Under the pieces are notes generated by a model. It saw only the letters and a list, made by a program, of their open reading frames with translations, searched no databases and was not told the origin of the DNA. A stretch of 62,443 nt of DNA, the filler included, from a bacterium (GTDB lineage Bacteria; UBA9089; CG2-30-40-21; SBAY01), in assembly GCA_040757115.1 (NCBI GenBank). It is 6 parts of 6 records of this genome, joined end to end, with 100 filler letters (N's around TTAATTAATTAA, not from the genome) between each part and the next. Parts side by side here need not be neighbours in the genome. Positions count along the whole stretch, not along the records: positions 1 to 10,538 come from JBFLYA010000132.1; positions 10,639 to 21,078 come from JBFLYA010000133.1; 4 more parts are not named here. One strand, 5' to 3'. Of this stretch, positions 1-12,156 are shown piece by piece. Position 1 is the first letter of the stretch. Every line of letters starts with the position of its first letter. The translations under genes were made by a program, and so were the position numbers.

Positions 1-122
1 ATAATTAATTTTTTAATTTTATTTTCAACCCCCACCCCCCAATCTTGGGGGCTTTAATAAGGAATTAGGATTGTGGCATTCAAAATGACCAACAATATAT
101 ATTATACGAGGACGATGAAAAT
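1..122. repeat. 122-bp sequence identical to 21183-21304 (both at or near a contig start)
   Basis: Direct comparison: ATAATTAATTTTTTAA...GAGGACGATGAAAAT is identical at both sites. Confidence 0.9.
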
Positions 123-363
123 AGTAGAGGGTAGAGAGAGAAAGAAGAGGCTTGTCTTTCCTTACTTTCTACTTTCTACTCTCTACTTTCTACTTCCTTA
201 TTTTCAGGGGAAACGGACATGAGCCAAGGCTCACAAAGGGCAATGAAAATGGGAGAAGGACAACCCCCTAACCCCCTTTATTAAGGGGGAATATCTGTTC
301 TAAACCATAGGATACGAGTCTGTGGATACTATACTAATTCACTAATTCGCTATTTTCAGGAGG
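115..363 (+). mobile_element. Two tandem TGAAAAT...ATTTTCAGG cassettes with a hairpin linker; the right end supplies the AGGAGG RBS of the next gene
   Basis: Inverted TGAAAAT/ATTTTCA ends, CTACTTT heptamer arm, linker related to 30335-30390. Confidence 0.6.
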
Positions 364-367
364 AACG

Positions 368-2074
368 ATGATTTTATATAAACGGCTCATTAGATACCTC
401 ATTCCACATAAACTACACCTGTGTTTTGCCTTAATTTGTATGCTGATTGTGGCAATTACTACCCTTGCCTTACCCTGGTTTATCAAGGTTGTCCTTGCTA
501 ATGCCTTATCCCAACAAAATGTTGTTCAATTAAACCTGACAATGTGCGCCGCACTTGGGACGGTTGTTATCTGGACATTAGCTCAGTATGGACAGGACTT
601 TCTAATGAGTTATGTTGGGCAAAAGGTAATTTTTACCCTTCGCCAGACCATATTTGAACATCTTACCTTCCTCTCATTAAAATTCTACAAGGATAGACAT
701 ACAGGTGAAATAATATCTCGAATTATCAATGATGTCGCTTTATTAGAGAACTTCATTATTTTTGGTGTCGTAAATATGCTCAAAGAACCTTTAGTTTTAT
801 TAGGAGCGGTTTGTGTTGCATTTTATCTTAATTGGCAGTTAGCACTTCTGTCCCTGATTGTTACGCCTTTTATTGCCCTTTCTATCTTTATCCTTGGCCG
901 AAAGATGAAGAAAATAAGCATTAGAATTCAAAATAGAATTGCAGAAGTAACCACTGGCTTGCAAGAGTTCATTTCTGGTATTCATGTTGTCAAGGTCTTT
1001 GCGATGGAATTTTATGAGCAACAACGGTTTAATGAGATAAACAAAAGATATTTTAATACATTTCTCAAAGGGGTAAAAATTACTGCGGCGGCGACTCCCC
1101 TGGTGCATTTTTTCAGCACGACAGGGACGATTGTAGTTATTTGGTTTGGTGCATATCAGGTTCTTACCGGAGCATTAACGGTTGCGGATTTAATTGCCTT
1201 TGGACTTTATTTAGCCACAATGTCTTCCCCAATTAAGAAATTGACCCAGGTAGTTTTAGTCATCCAACGAGCAATGGCCGCCTGCGAACGCATATTTGAG
1301 GTCGTCGATACGGAAATTCAGATGGCAGAATCTCCTCAAGCAAGAGAATTACCTGTGATTGTCGGTAAGGTAGAATTTGAAAATGTCTTTTTTAGATATG
1401 AGGATGAATTGGTCTTAAACGGCATTAATTTACAGGTTAATCCGGGTGAGGTATTGGCGATTGTCGGTCCTTCTGGAAATGGGAAAACAACTATTATTAA
1501 CCTCATCTCAAGACTTTATGACCCTAATTCTGGCAGGGTAATGATAGATGGTTATGATGTTAAATTGGTTAAAACAGATAGTCTCCGTCAGCAAATAGGT
1601 GTTGTGCCACAAGAGATTATTTTATTCAGTGGTAGTGTGAAAGAAAATATTGCTTATGGCAAGATTGATGCGAGTTTTGATGAGATAGTTGAAGCGGCTA
1701 AAGTGGCTAATGCCCATGAGTTTATTACTCGCCTGCCAGATGGCTATGATACTCAAATAGGTGAGCAGGGGGTAAAACTTTCGGGTGGTCAACGACAACG
1801 ATTAGCAATTGCCCGAGCGATTATTCGTCAACCAAAAATATTAATTTTAGATGAGGCAACATCAGCATTAGATTCTGAATCCGAAACACTAATCCAGGCA
1901 TCATTATCCGAAATTATGAAGCACCAGACAACTATTGTCGTTGCCCACCGCCTATCAACCGTCATAAATGCCAATAAAATTGCTGTGGTAGATAAAGGTA
2001 AAATAATCGAATTAGGCACACATCATGAACTTTTAAAACAGGGAGGACTTTATAGTAAACTTTATGATGTGTAA
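368..2074 (+). CDS. ABC transporter permease/ATP-binding protein, MsbA-like
   Basis: N-terminal TM domain, Walker A GPSGNGKT, LSGGQRQR signature, ILILDEATSALD. Confidence 0.9.
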   Translation: MILYKRLIRYLIPHKLHLCFALICMLIVAITTLALPWFIKVVLANALSQQNVVQLNLTMCAALGTVVIWTLAQYGQDFLMSYVGQKVIFTLRQTIFEHLTFLSLKFYKDRHTGEIISRIINDVALLENFIIFGVVNMLKEPLVLLGAVCVAFYLNWQLALLSLIVTPFIALSIFILGRKMKKISIRIQNRIAEVTTGLQEFISGIHVVKVFAMEFYEQQRFNEINKRYFNTFLKGVKITAAATPLVHFFSTTGTIVVIWFGAYQVLTGALTVADLIAFGLYLATMSSPIKKLTQVVLVIQRAMAACERIFEVVDTEIQMAESPQARELPVIVGKVEFENVFFRYEDELVLNGINLQVNPGEVLAIVGPSGNGKTTIINLISRLYDPNSGRVMIDGYDVKLVKTDSLRQQIGVVPQEIILFSGSVKENIAYGKIDASFDEIVEAAKVANAHEFITRLPDGYDTQIGEQGVKLSGGQRQRLAIARAIIRQPKILILDEATSALDSESETLIQASLSEIMKHQTTIVVAHRLSTVINANKIAVVDKGKIIELGTHHELLKQGGLYSKLYDV

Positions 2075-2132
2075 CAAGATGAAATTTTAGTTGACTAAAG
2101 AGTGAAAATATAGTACAATTAAGGTTGATAAA

Positions 2133-2672
2133 ATGAATGAGACTTTACATATAAATGGAGAAATAAGAAAGGCGAAATATAAAGACTCAAAGCTAGAAAA
2201 GGCTTTTAATTTTGCGATTAAATTTATTGCCAGTGGCTTTTTTTCTGGATATTCTAAATTTGCCTCAGGCACGGTCGGCACACTTCTTGGCGGTATCCCA
2301 CTTTATTTACTTATTTATTTCCTATGCCATCGTTTCTCTAATCCTGATTTGTGGTATTTTTTACTGGTTATAATCTTAACGATAATAAGCATCTGGTTCT
2401 GCACAAAGGCAGAAATTCTCTTTGAAGAAAAAGATTCAAAAAAAATCGTTTTAGATGAAATTATTGGTTATCTTTTTTGTATGTTTTTTCTCCCATTGCA
2501 TATTTCTTTTATCGTGATAGGATTTGTGTTATTCCGGGCAATGGATGTCTTAAAACCACTGGGCATTCGTAAATTACAAAATCTTCAAGGTGGATTGGGA
2601 ATAATGATAGATGATTGTGCCGCAGGGATATTGACTTGTATTATACTTCATTTTATAAAAAATATAGTGTAA
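2133..2672 (+). CDS. pgpA: Phosphatidylglycerophosphatase A
   Basis: SGTVGT, IVLDEIIG, FRAMDVLKP, GGLGIMIDD motifs. Confidence 0.9.
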   Translation: MNETLHINGEIRKAKYKDSKLEKAFNFAIKFIASGFFSGYSKFASGTVGTLLGGIPLYLLIYFLCHRFSNPDLWYFLLVIILTIISIWFCTKAEILFEEKDSKKIVLDEIIGYLFCMFFLPLHISFIVIGFVLFRAMDVLKPLGIRKLQNLQGGLGIMIDDCAAGILTCIILHFIKNIV

Positions 2673-2962
2673 CTATTCACCGCAGAGACGCAGAGGAACA
2701 GAGAAAAAAGGATTTAAATTAGATTGTGGATACCGGATAGATCTTTTAGTTGAAGAAAAAGTTATCGTAGAATTAAAAGCAGTCGAGCAACTACTTCCGA
2801 TTCACGAAGCTCAACTTTTAACCTATCTAAAAATGATGAATAAAAGGATAGGTTTATTCATCAATTTTAATGTTTTTCTGTTCTAAGAGATGGAATTAAG
2901 CGTATAGCCAATAGATTTTAATTTTTTCTCTGTGTCTGTGCGTCTCTGCGGTGAATAGTTAC
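2669..2962. mobile_element. GTAA-shell miniature inverted-repeat element carrying a GxxExxY remnant
   Basis: GTAACTATTCACCGCAGAGACGCA / TGCGTCTCTGCGGTGAATAGTTAC terminal inverted repeat. Confidence 0.8.
2707..2921 (+). pseudogene. GxxExxY-family protein, C-terminal half, frameshifted
   Basis: Translates LDCGYRIDLLVEEKVIVELKAVEQLLPIHEAQLLTYLK...GLFINFNV, then in a shifted frame LRDGIKRIANRF*; N-terminus absent. Confidence 0.85.
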
Positions 2963-2977
2963 GATGAATGAAAAAAA

Positions 2978-3691
2978 ATGCAAGAAGAAGTTTGTAAATT
3001 CAGGATTTTAAAAATAATTGGGTTAACCCAGGAAGAAATCAAGAAAGCATTAGGTGGCCATATCGGTGAAAGCGATAGTGTAAAATTGAATCTTGTGAGC
3101 AATCCTGATGGAAGTATTGACCTCGAAATTAAGATTACGGCAAAAGTAGACCGGATGGCACAAGCCTTACTTTCTGCCGCTGAAAAAGAAATCCGTATAA
3201 AATTACAGGATAATATCTATGGCGTAGATGGAGAGAGATTAGAGGAAGTAGTAGGTTATTTACTTTATCTAAGAAAACTTAGCATAGCCGTGGCTGAATC
3301 CTGCACCGGCGGATTACTTTCTAATAAACTTACAGATGTGCCTGGTAGTTCTCTTTATTATTATGGTGGAATAGTCGCTTATGAGAAAGAAATAAAGATT
3401 AATCTTTTAAATATTCCAACAGAGATAATTGAAAAATGCGGGATAGTTAGTCGGGAAATTGCCACGATGATGGCTAAAGGAATAGCCAGGTTGATGAAAA
3501 CAGACATTGGTCTGGGAATAACTGGCTATGCAGGGCCCGAAGGAGATGAGGTTGGTCTGGTATATATTGGTTTATCCATAAATGATAATTTGAATGTTAA
3601 GGAATTCAGGTTTGTTGGAGAACGAGAAGAAATTAAAGAAAAGGCCGCCTGTGCCGCCTTAGATATGGTCAGAAGGGAGTTATTAAAATGA
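2978..3691 (+). CDS. cinA: CinA/PncC nicotinamide-nucleotide amidohydrolase (no N-terminal molybdopterin-binding domain)
   Basis: AVAESCTGG, PGSS, ITGYAGP motifs; pgpA-cinA-thpR context. Confidence 0.8.
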   Translation: MQEEVCKFRILKIIGLTQEEIKKALGGHIGESDSVKLNLVSNPDGSIDLEIKITAKVDRMAQALLSAAEKEIRIKLQDNIYGVDGERLEEVVGYLLYLRKLSIAVAESCTGGLLSNKLTDVPGSSLYYYGGIVAYEKEIKINLLNIPTEIIEKCGIVSREIATMMAKGIARLMKTDIGLGITGYAGPEGDEVGLVYIGLSINDNLNVKEFRFVGEREEIKEKAACAALDMVRRELLK

Positions 3692-4263
3692 TAGAAGTAA
3701 GAACTTTTGTGGCTATCTCAATGTCACCCCAACTTAAGGAGACATTAAGCAAGTTTCAATCAGAACTAAAAAAGGCTAATGCTGATGTTAAATGGGTAAA
3801 TTCTGATGGCATGCATATCACCTTAAAATTTCTGGGCAATTGTCTTATTGGACAGTTAGAGTCGGTATATCAAATGGTTCTGGAGGCAACCTCGGATTTT
3901 AAACAATTTACACTTTCCCTGACTTCAGTCGGGGCTTTTCCCAGTTTATCAAGCCCAAAGGTAATCTGGGTAGGCGTGGATAAAGGCAAAGAAGAATGTA
4001 TAGAATTATCCAAACGAATAGACAATAACTTACTTAGACTTGGATTTCCAATCGAACAAAGAGAATCTATTCCCCATTTAACATTAGGGAGGATAAAAAG
4101 TCCTCAAAGGAAAGATGATTTGTCTAAATTAATCTCTACCCTAAAACCTCCAGCTTTTGGTCAGATGGAGGTTGCTAAGATAGAGGTAATGGGGAGCCAA
4201 TTGACGCCAAAAGGAGCGCTCTACACCACACTGCAGGAATTACCGCTGATGAAAGAAGAATAG
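3688..4263 (+). CDS. thpR: RNA 2',3'-cyclic phosphodiesterase (2H family)
   Basis: RTFVAI, HITLKFLG and PHLTLGR 2H motifs. Confidence 0.9.
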   Translation: MIEVRTFVAISMSPQLKETLSKFQSELKKANADVKWVNSDGMHITLKFLGNCLIGQLESVYQMVLEATSDFKQFTLSLTSVGAFPSLSSPKVIWVGVDKGKEECIELSKRIDNNLLRLGFPIEQRESIPHLTLGRIKSPQRKDDLSKLISTLKPPAFGQMEVAKIEVMGSQLTPKGALYTTLQELPLMKEE

Positions 4264-4327
4264 ATGCGGTGTCAGTCAATTTCTGTTCCCAGGACGGCTC
4301 CCATTTATTGTTTAGATAGCAAATCCT

Positions 4328-6829
<2,502 letters not shown>

Positions 6830-6833
<4 letters not shown>

Positions 6834-7048
6834 TCGTAGGCATAGGTAAATTTTTAATCCTTGCAGGCATTATCCTGGTTGCAATTGGATGTTTGTTCCT
6901 ATTAGCGAATAAACTTCCATTTATTGGGAAGTTACCCGGGGATATTTTTATCAAAAAAGAGCATTTCTCCTTCTATTGTCCGATAACTACCTGTATCTTA
7001 ATTAGTATAATTTTAACCATTATCTTTTGGCTATTTGGTCGGAGATAA
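6830..7048 (+). CDS. DUF2905 family membrane protein
   Basis: GKLPGDI...FYCPITTCILIS motif. Confidence 0.85.
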
Positions 7049-7070
7049 ACCCTCAGATTAAAAGATAGAA

Positions 7071-8192
7071 ATGAAAAAAATATTTTTAATATTAATCATA
7101 TTAAGTTTAAGCAAAGATTTAGAAGCGATTAACCTCAGAATAGGACTGCTCAATAATGAGAAAGCAGTTAATATTAGTGCCACAGGTTATCTTGAGCTAA
7201 TTGACCTATCTACTGATGAAATACTATTAACTACCTATGGTTGGAAAAATGGATTTATAAAGGTTAATCAAAGTGGATTAGAGGTGAAAGATGTTGGAAT
7301 AATAAGTGGTCCTATTCGGTTAAAACCTATTGTTGGGGCAAATATCCTTGTAAATGGCAATAAATATCGCGGTGAAATAGAAATAGAAACAGGTAGGGAT
7401 GGAATTAAGGTTATCAATGTTGTAGATTTAGAAGAGTATCTTTATGGAGTGATAAAACCTGAGATGACAGATAAAGCGCCAATTGAGGCTTTAAAGGCTC
7501 AAGCCATCATTGCCAGAACATTTGCCATAGATAATCTTAAAAAACATGAAGAAGAAGGATATAATTTATGTTCAAAGATTCATTGCCAGGTATATAAAGG
7601 TATGGATGTCGAATCAGAAAAGACAATCAATGCGGTTGATTCCACTCAAGGACAAATATTAACCTTTGAAGGAGATGTCGCTTCCACATTTTATCATGCC
7701 TGGTGTGGAGGTATAACCGCAAGTGCACAGTCAGTTTGGGGACAAGATATTCCTTATTTACAAGAAGTTTATGACCCATTTTGTAGAAAATCTAATAAAG
7801 GATGGGAGGTGACTTTCTCATTATCTGAAATTAAAGATATACTTAACCGCAATGGTTTTAATATTAGTAATATATCTTCTATTTCCGCAAATTCTAACAC
7901 CAATGGTGGGAGGGTAAAAGAAGTTATAATTAAAAATGGAAATGGAGGATTGACGATTTCAAGTTCTAAGTTTCGATTAATAATGGGTTCAGACAAAATA
8001 TGGAGCACTATCTTTACCATCCGCACAAATGGGGACAGGGTTACTTTTCAAGGTATCGGTAAGGGACATGGAGTTGGACTCTGCCAACAAGGGGCAATAT
8101 CAATGGCAGAATTAGGATATAATTATAAACAAATTTTGGGGTTTTATTATCCAGGAGTTTTTCTAAGCTCAATTATTTCTGAAGGAGAATAA
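7071..8192 (+). CDS. SpoIID/LytB domain protein
   Basis: LEEYLYGV, EALKAQAIIART, GHGVGLCQQGA, signal peptide. Confidence 0.9.
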   Translation: MKKIFLILIILSLSKDLEAINLRIGLLNNEKAVNISATGYLELIDLSTDEILLTTYGWKNGFIKVNQSGLEVKDVGIISGPIRLKPIVGANILVNGNKYRGEIEIETGRDGIKVINVVDLEEYLYGVIKPEMTDKAPIEALKAQAIIARTFAIDNLKKHEEEGYNLCSKIHCQVYKGMDVESEKTINAVDSTQGQILTFEGDVASTFYHAWCGGITASAQSVWGQDIPYLQEVYDPFCRKSNKGWEVTFSLSEIKDILNRNGFNISNISSISANSNTNGGRVKEVIIKNGNGGLTISSSKFRLIMGSDKIWSTIFTIRTNGDRVTFQGIGKGHGVGLCQQGAISMAELGYNYKQILGFYYPGVFLSSIISEGE

Positions 8193-8203
8193 ATAGTGGT
8201 AAA

Positions 8204-8628
8204 TAGGGTTCTTCAAAATAGGATTTGGGGGAGACAACAAATAAATATTAAATATCAAATATTAAATATCAAAATTAAATATCAAAATGCAAAATTACAA
8301 ATCAAATTTCAAAAAGAACTGTAACTATTCAGCCACTGATTGACACGGATTAGCACGGATAAATACAGAGGACAGAAGGCGGAAGGCAGAGGACAACAGG
8401 AGGAAAACCCTTCAGCCTAATTACGGACATGGATACCGGACACGATTCACGAATTTTCCATGTTTCATCCGTGTTTATCTGTGGCTAAACAGTTACAGAT
8501 AATTTTACATTTTGATATGTAATTTTTATATTTGCTTTTTGCATTTTGCTCTTTGGAGGAAATTGATAAAAATAGAGGTTTTAAATACCCGCTTAAAAAC
8601 TACAGTTTCTTAGTTTTGCAGAACTCTA
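8204..8628. mobile_element. TAGGGTTCTGCAAAA-shell element with a nested GTAA element (8321-8496)
   Basis: Ends TAGGGTTCTTCAAAA / TTTTGCAGAACTCTA; AAATATC arms; flanks AGTGGTAAA / AATGGTAAA. Confidence 0.8.
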
Positions 8629-8654
8629 AATGGTAAATACGAGGAGGTATATCC

Positions 8655-9155
8655 ATGATACTAAAAGGTAAGGGACATAAATTTGGTGATGACATAAGCA
8701 CAGATTTGATAGCTCCGGGTAGATATTTCCATTTGCGGTCTAATCTACAGGAATTGGCTAAACATGTGATGGAGGATGCAGACCCAGAATTTGCCTCGAA
8801 AATAAAACCCGGTGATTTTATTGTTGCCGGAAGGAATTTTGGACTGGGTTCAAGTAGAGAACACGCCCCCACCATTATCAAATTAGCCGGAATTAGTGGT
8901 GTCATTGCTCAATCTTTTGCTCGAATATTCTTCCGTAATGCAATTAATGTCGGACTACCAGTGATTGAATGTGAAACTAAAGATATAACTGAGGGGGATG
9001 AATTAGAGGTAGATTTAGAAAAAGGATGCCTGATTAATCAAACAAAAGGCACAACCTCTTATTTCTCCAGATTGCCAGAGATAATGACTAATATCTTGCA
9101 AGATGGCGGATTAGTTGACCATGTTCGTAAATATGGGGATTTTAAATTACAGTAA
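8655..9155 (+). CDS. leuD: 3-isopropylmalate dehydratase small subunit (LeuD/HacB family)
   Basis: DDISTDLIAP, NFGLGSSREHA, SFARIFFRNAIN. Confidence 0.85.
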   Translation: MILKGKGHKFGDDISTDLIAPGRYFHLRSNLQELAKHVMEDADPEFASKIKPGDFIVAGRNFGLGSSREHAPTIIKLAGISGVIAQSFARIFFRNAINVGLPVIECETKDITEGDELEVDLEKGCLINQTKGTTSYFSRLPEIMTNILQDGGLVDHVRKYGDFKLQ

Positions 9156-9388
9156 CCGTTCACCGCACAGACGCAGAGAAAAAATTAAAATCTATTCACC
9201 AGAGACAGAAATTTCCTTTTTTTGTGCATTTCGGGTCTTTCGTTGTTTATTAATCTTTTAATACTTACTTTCGACTAACTGTTTTTAAGCCTTTTTAAAC
9301 ATCGAAAAACGCGAAAACCACGAAAAAAAAGATATTTTCCTCTCTGTTTCTCTGCGTCTCTGCGGTAAAGGATTACCTGAACGGTTAC
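9152..9388. mobile_element. GTAA-shell element; inverted near-copy at 13059-13294
   Basis: GTAACCGTTCA / TGAACGGTTAC ends; interior is the near reverse complement of the 13059 copy. Confidence 0.8.
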
Positions 9389-9450
9389 CAATTTTTTTAT
9401 TGACATTATCTTCTATTAATGATAATATAAAGGCTCTAAATGAATTCACA

Positions 9451-10182
9451 ATGTCAGACAAAAGACAATATTATGTTCAAAGACTTTTTTCAAATATCGC
9501 CAGGGACTACGATAGGTTAAATCAAATAATCAGTTTTGGACTTCATCATAAATGGCGTAAATTCGCTATTTCAAAAGCATTACTGAAACCAACAGATTTA
9601 ATCCTTGACCTATGTTGCGGAACAGGGGATTGTGGTATCTGTGCGGCTAAAGAAAATCCTCAAGTGAAAGTAATTGGAATAGATTTTTGTGATGAGATGC
9701 TTGAAATTGGAAGAAAAAAGATTGAGAAAAGTGGACTACAGGATAGGATTGAACTGAAAAAGCAAGATATATCCTCTCTTTCGTTTGCAGACAATACCTT
9801 TGATGTTGTCACAATTGGCTTTGGATTGCGACATCTAAATATTGATGAGGTATTTAAGGAGATTAATCGGATACTGAAACCAGGTGGAAGATTAATTACC
9901 TTAGATGCAGGGAGACCAGAGAATATAGTTATTAAAAGGTTACATAAAATCTATTTTTATCATATACTACCTTTATTGGGGAAAATATTTCATGGGAATA
10001 AAGAACCTTATAGTTATCTTCCCCAATCTCTGGATTTATACCTGCCAGATAAAGGACAACTAAAGATATTAATGGAAAAGGCAGGATTTGTGGCTGTCCA
10101 ATATTTTGATTTGAGCTTTGGGGTGGCAACGGTGCATTTAGGATTTAAGGTCAATAATGATACGAATTTCGGTGGTGTCTGA
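9451..10182 (+). CDS. ubiE: Ubiquinone/menaquinone C-methyltransferase (UbiE/MenG)
   Basis: YDRLNQIISFGLHHKWR, LDLCCGTGD, FGLR, RILKPGG; the TTG at 9400 is part of TTGACA. Confidence 0.85.
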   Translation: MSDKRQYYVQRLFSNIARDYDRLNQIISFGLHHKWRKFAISKALLKPTDLILDLCCGTGDCGICAAKENPQVKVIGIDFCDEMLEIGRKKIEKSGLQDRIELKKQDISSLSFADNTFDVVTIGFGLRHLNIDEVFKEINRILKPGGRLITLDAGRPENIVIKRLHKIYFYHILPLLGKIFHGNKEPYSYLPQSLDLYLPDKGQLKILMEKAGFVAVQYFDLSFGVATVHLGFKVNNDTNFGGV

Positions 10183-10356
10183 AAATAACGCTAATAGTGA
10201 AATCTATGCAGATTTGGTGTAAAAAAGGGGATAAGGAGATAAAAGGAGATATGGAGATTATTCATAGTCCTTTGCAAAATTTTAGAATGAATTTATCTCC
10301 TTATCTCCATAATCCCCATATCTCCTTTTCTTACACTATTTCAACCTTTATGCTAG
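10165..10356. repeat. AATTTCGGT(G/C)GTGTCT-shell element with GGAGATA arms (right end truncated); matching right end at 42323-42366
   Basis: ACACTATTTYAACCTTTATGCTAG shared with 42323-42346, where it is followed by AGACACGACCGAAATT. Confidence 0.55.
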
Positions 10357-10538
10357 TGCTCTGTCGCTATTCAAGTGATTGATTGGCCGTTATCCCCCGC
10401 TGGCGGGGATCTAATCCTTACCCACAAGTTGGGTAACAAGATGAGGTAAGCAAGAATAAACTATAAACGGGAGATTAGAGATTGCAGGAGAGCGGAGTGA
10501 GTGGCAAAATTCCAAATCACAAATTCCAAAATACAAAT

Positions 10539-10638
10539 NNNNNNNNNNNNNNNNNNNNNNNNNNNNNNNNNNNNNNNNNNNNTTAATTAATTAANNNNNN
10601 NNNNNNNNNNNNNNNNNNNNNNNNNNNNNNNNNNNNNN
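10539..10638. other. Artificial contig linker
   Basis: N44-TTAATTAATTAA-N44. Confidence 0.98.
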
Positions 10639-10779
10639 AGTTGAGAAGATTTTCACATCCTTAATCCCCCGCCAGCGGCGGAGAAGGGAGAGTACGTCTT
10701 TAACCTTAATGCGGGGAGGTTTCTCTTCTAACCGCACAGATCGAATAATTGTGCTGAATAGTTACATCCATGGTTAGAA

Positions 10780-10873
10780 TTCAACCCTTTCAGGGTTGAG
10801 TAGTAAGCAGGAGTTTTTCTTCGCTCCGTAGATTTTATCTACGGTTATGTAAAAGTCAAACCTTTCAGGTTTG
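10780..10873. repeat. REP-like palindrome cluster
   Basis: CAACCCTTTCAGGGTTG, CCGTAGAT-tt-ATCTACGG-like hairpin, CAAACCTTTCAGGTTTG. Confidence 0.6.
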
Positions 10874-10976
10874 AGGAAATTTGCTTGTAATTTCTAACCG
10901 CACAGGTCGTAAAGTTTTGAATAATAACTGCTATAATCAGTGGCTGAACAATTACTACCCTTTGCACCCCTGCGAG

Positions 10977-11005
10977 TTGACAAAACCCCAGGTTTGTGAT
11001 ACACT
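10977..11005 (+). promoter_or_regulatory. Sigma70-type promoter upstream of the dppB-like gene
   Basis: TTGACA-17 nt-TACACT. Confidence 0.6.
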
Positions 11006-11014
11006 TATCGGGAA

Positions 11015-11941
11015 ATGATAATTTACATTATTAAACGATTATTACTAACCATTCCTGTTTTATTCGGGATAGCGACGATTACTTTTATCCTGATTTATGT
11101 TATCCCCGGCGACCCTACTTCAGGTATAGTTGGAGAAAGGGTCAATGCCCAAACCCTTCAACAGATACGGGAAGAAATGGGACTTGATAAACCATTCCAT
11201 ATTCAATATTTCTGTTATCTGAATAGAGTCATCCATGGTAATTTAGGTCGGTCTTTTTCAACTAAACAGGAAGTTACACAAACAATCATTGAGAAATTCC
11301 CAAATACCTTAAAATTGGCAATATCGGCGATGGTTATTGCTATCTTATTGGGTCTCCCAATGGGAATTTTTGCGGCGGTTACCAGAAATTCCATCTGGGA
11401 TAGATTAACTATGGTTTCAGCCGTATTGGGTATTTCTACGCCGGTATTCTGGTTTGGACTACTTCTTATTTTTATCTTTTCGATTAAACTTGGCTGGCTA
11501 CCAGCCTCAGGAATGGGTGATGGAGATATTCTTTATCTTATTTTACCCGCGACTACTCTGGGATTACGCTCGGTGGCTTTAATTGCCCGAATTACAAGGA
11601 CATCAATATTAGAAATATTAGGAGAAGATTATATTAGAACCGCAAGGGCAAAAGGATTAAAAGAAAGTGTGGTCATATTTAAACATACCTTAAAAAATAG
11701 CCTTATCCCGATTGTGACAATTATTGGATTAGACTTTGGAAGTTATCTTAATGGTTCAGTTCTGACAGAAACAGTATTTGGCTGGCCAGGACTTGGCAGA
11801 TATGCGGTTGAAGGAATTATAAAAAGGGACATACCAGTAGTGATGGGTGTTGTGCTGTTTGGGGCTTTTGTCTTTGTTATCGTTAATTTAATCGTAGATA
11901 TTTTATATCATTTTCTAAATCCAAAAATCAGGGTAAAATGA
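11015..11941 (+). CDS. Peptide/nickel ABC transporter permease (DppB/OppB family)
   Basis: PGDP, EDYIRTARAKGL, ETVFGWPGLG. Confidence 0.92.
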   Translation: MIIYIIKRLLLTIPVLFGIATITFILIYVIPGDPTSGIVGERVNAQTLQQIREEMGLDKPFHIQYFCYLNRVIHGNLGRSFSTKQEVTQTIIEKFPNTLKLAISAMVIAILLGLPMGIFAAVTRNSIWDRLTMVSAVLGISTPVFWFGLLLIFIFSIKLGWLPASGMGDGDILYLILPATTLGLRSVALIARITRTSILEILGEDYIRTARAKGLKESVVIFKHTLKNSLIPIVTIIGLDFGSYLNGSVLTETVFGWPGLGRYAVEGIIKRDIPVVMGVVLFGAFVFVIVNLIVDILYHFLNPKIRVK

Positions 11942-11945
11942 AAAG

Positions 11946-12156
11946 GTAACTATTCACCGCAGAGGCACAGAGGACGCAGAGAAGATGAATATAAATGAAT
12001 TAATCTGTAGACAAATAAATTCCAATGTAGAATTTGGAATTTAGGATTTCAAAGTATGTGCTAAAACATAGAATGAGAAGAATGGTTTTAGGTTTAGAAG
12101 AGTAAAGATTACTCTCTGCCTTTCTGTGGTGAAATATAATAAGGCTGAATAATTAC
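11946..12156. mobile_element. GTAA-shell element with 8-bp target duplication ATGAAAAG
   Basis: GTAACTATTCA / TGAATAATTAC ends; ATGAAAAG at 11938-11945 and 12157-12164. Confidence 0.8.

Noticed and set aside
8655-9155. Lone leuD without leuC
   Set aside because: Split leuC/leuD is common and the assembly is fragmented.
10197-10382. Short ORFs within intergenic elements (also 12978, 17803, 28988, 29008, 42908, 44969)
   Set aside because: Translations of repeat arms with no protein features.
10583-10594. TTAATTAATTAA palindrome repeated five times
   Set aside because: Always centred in N runs; artificial linker.
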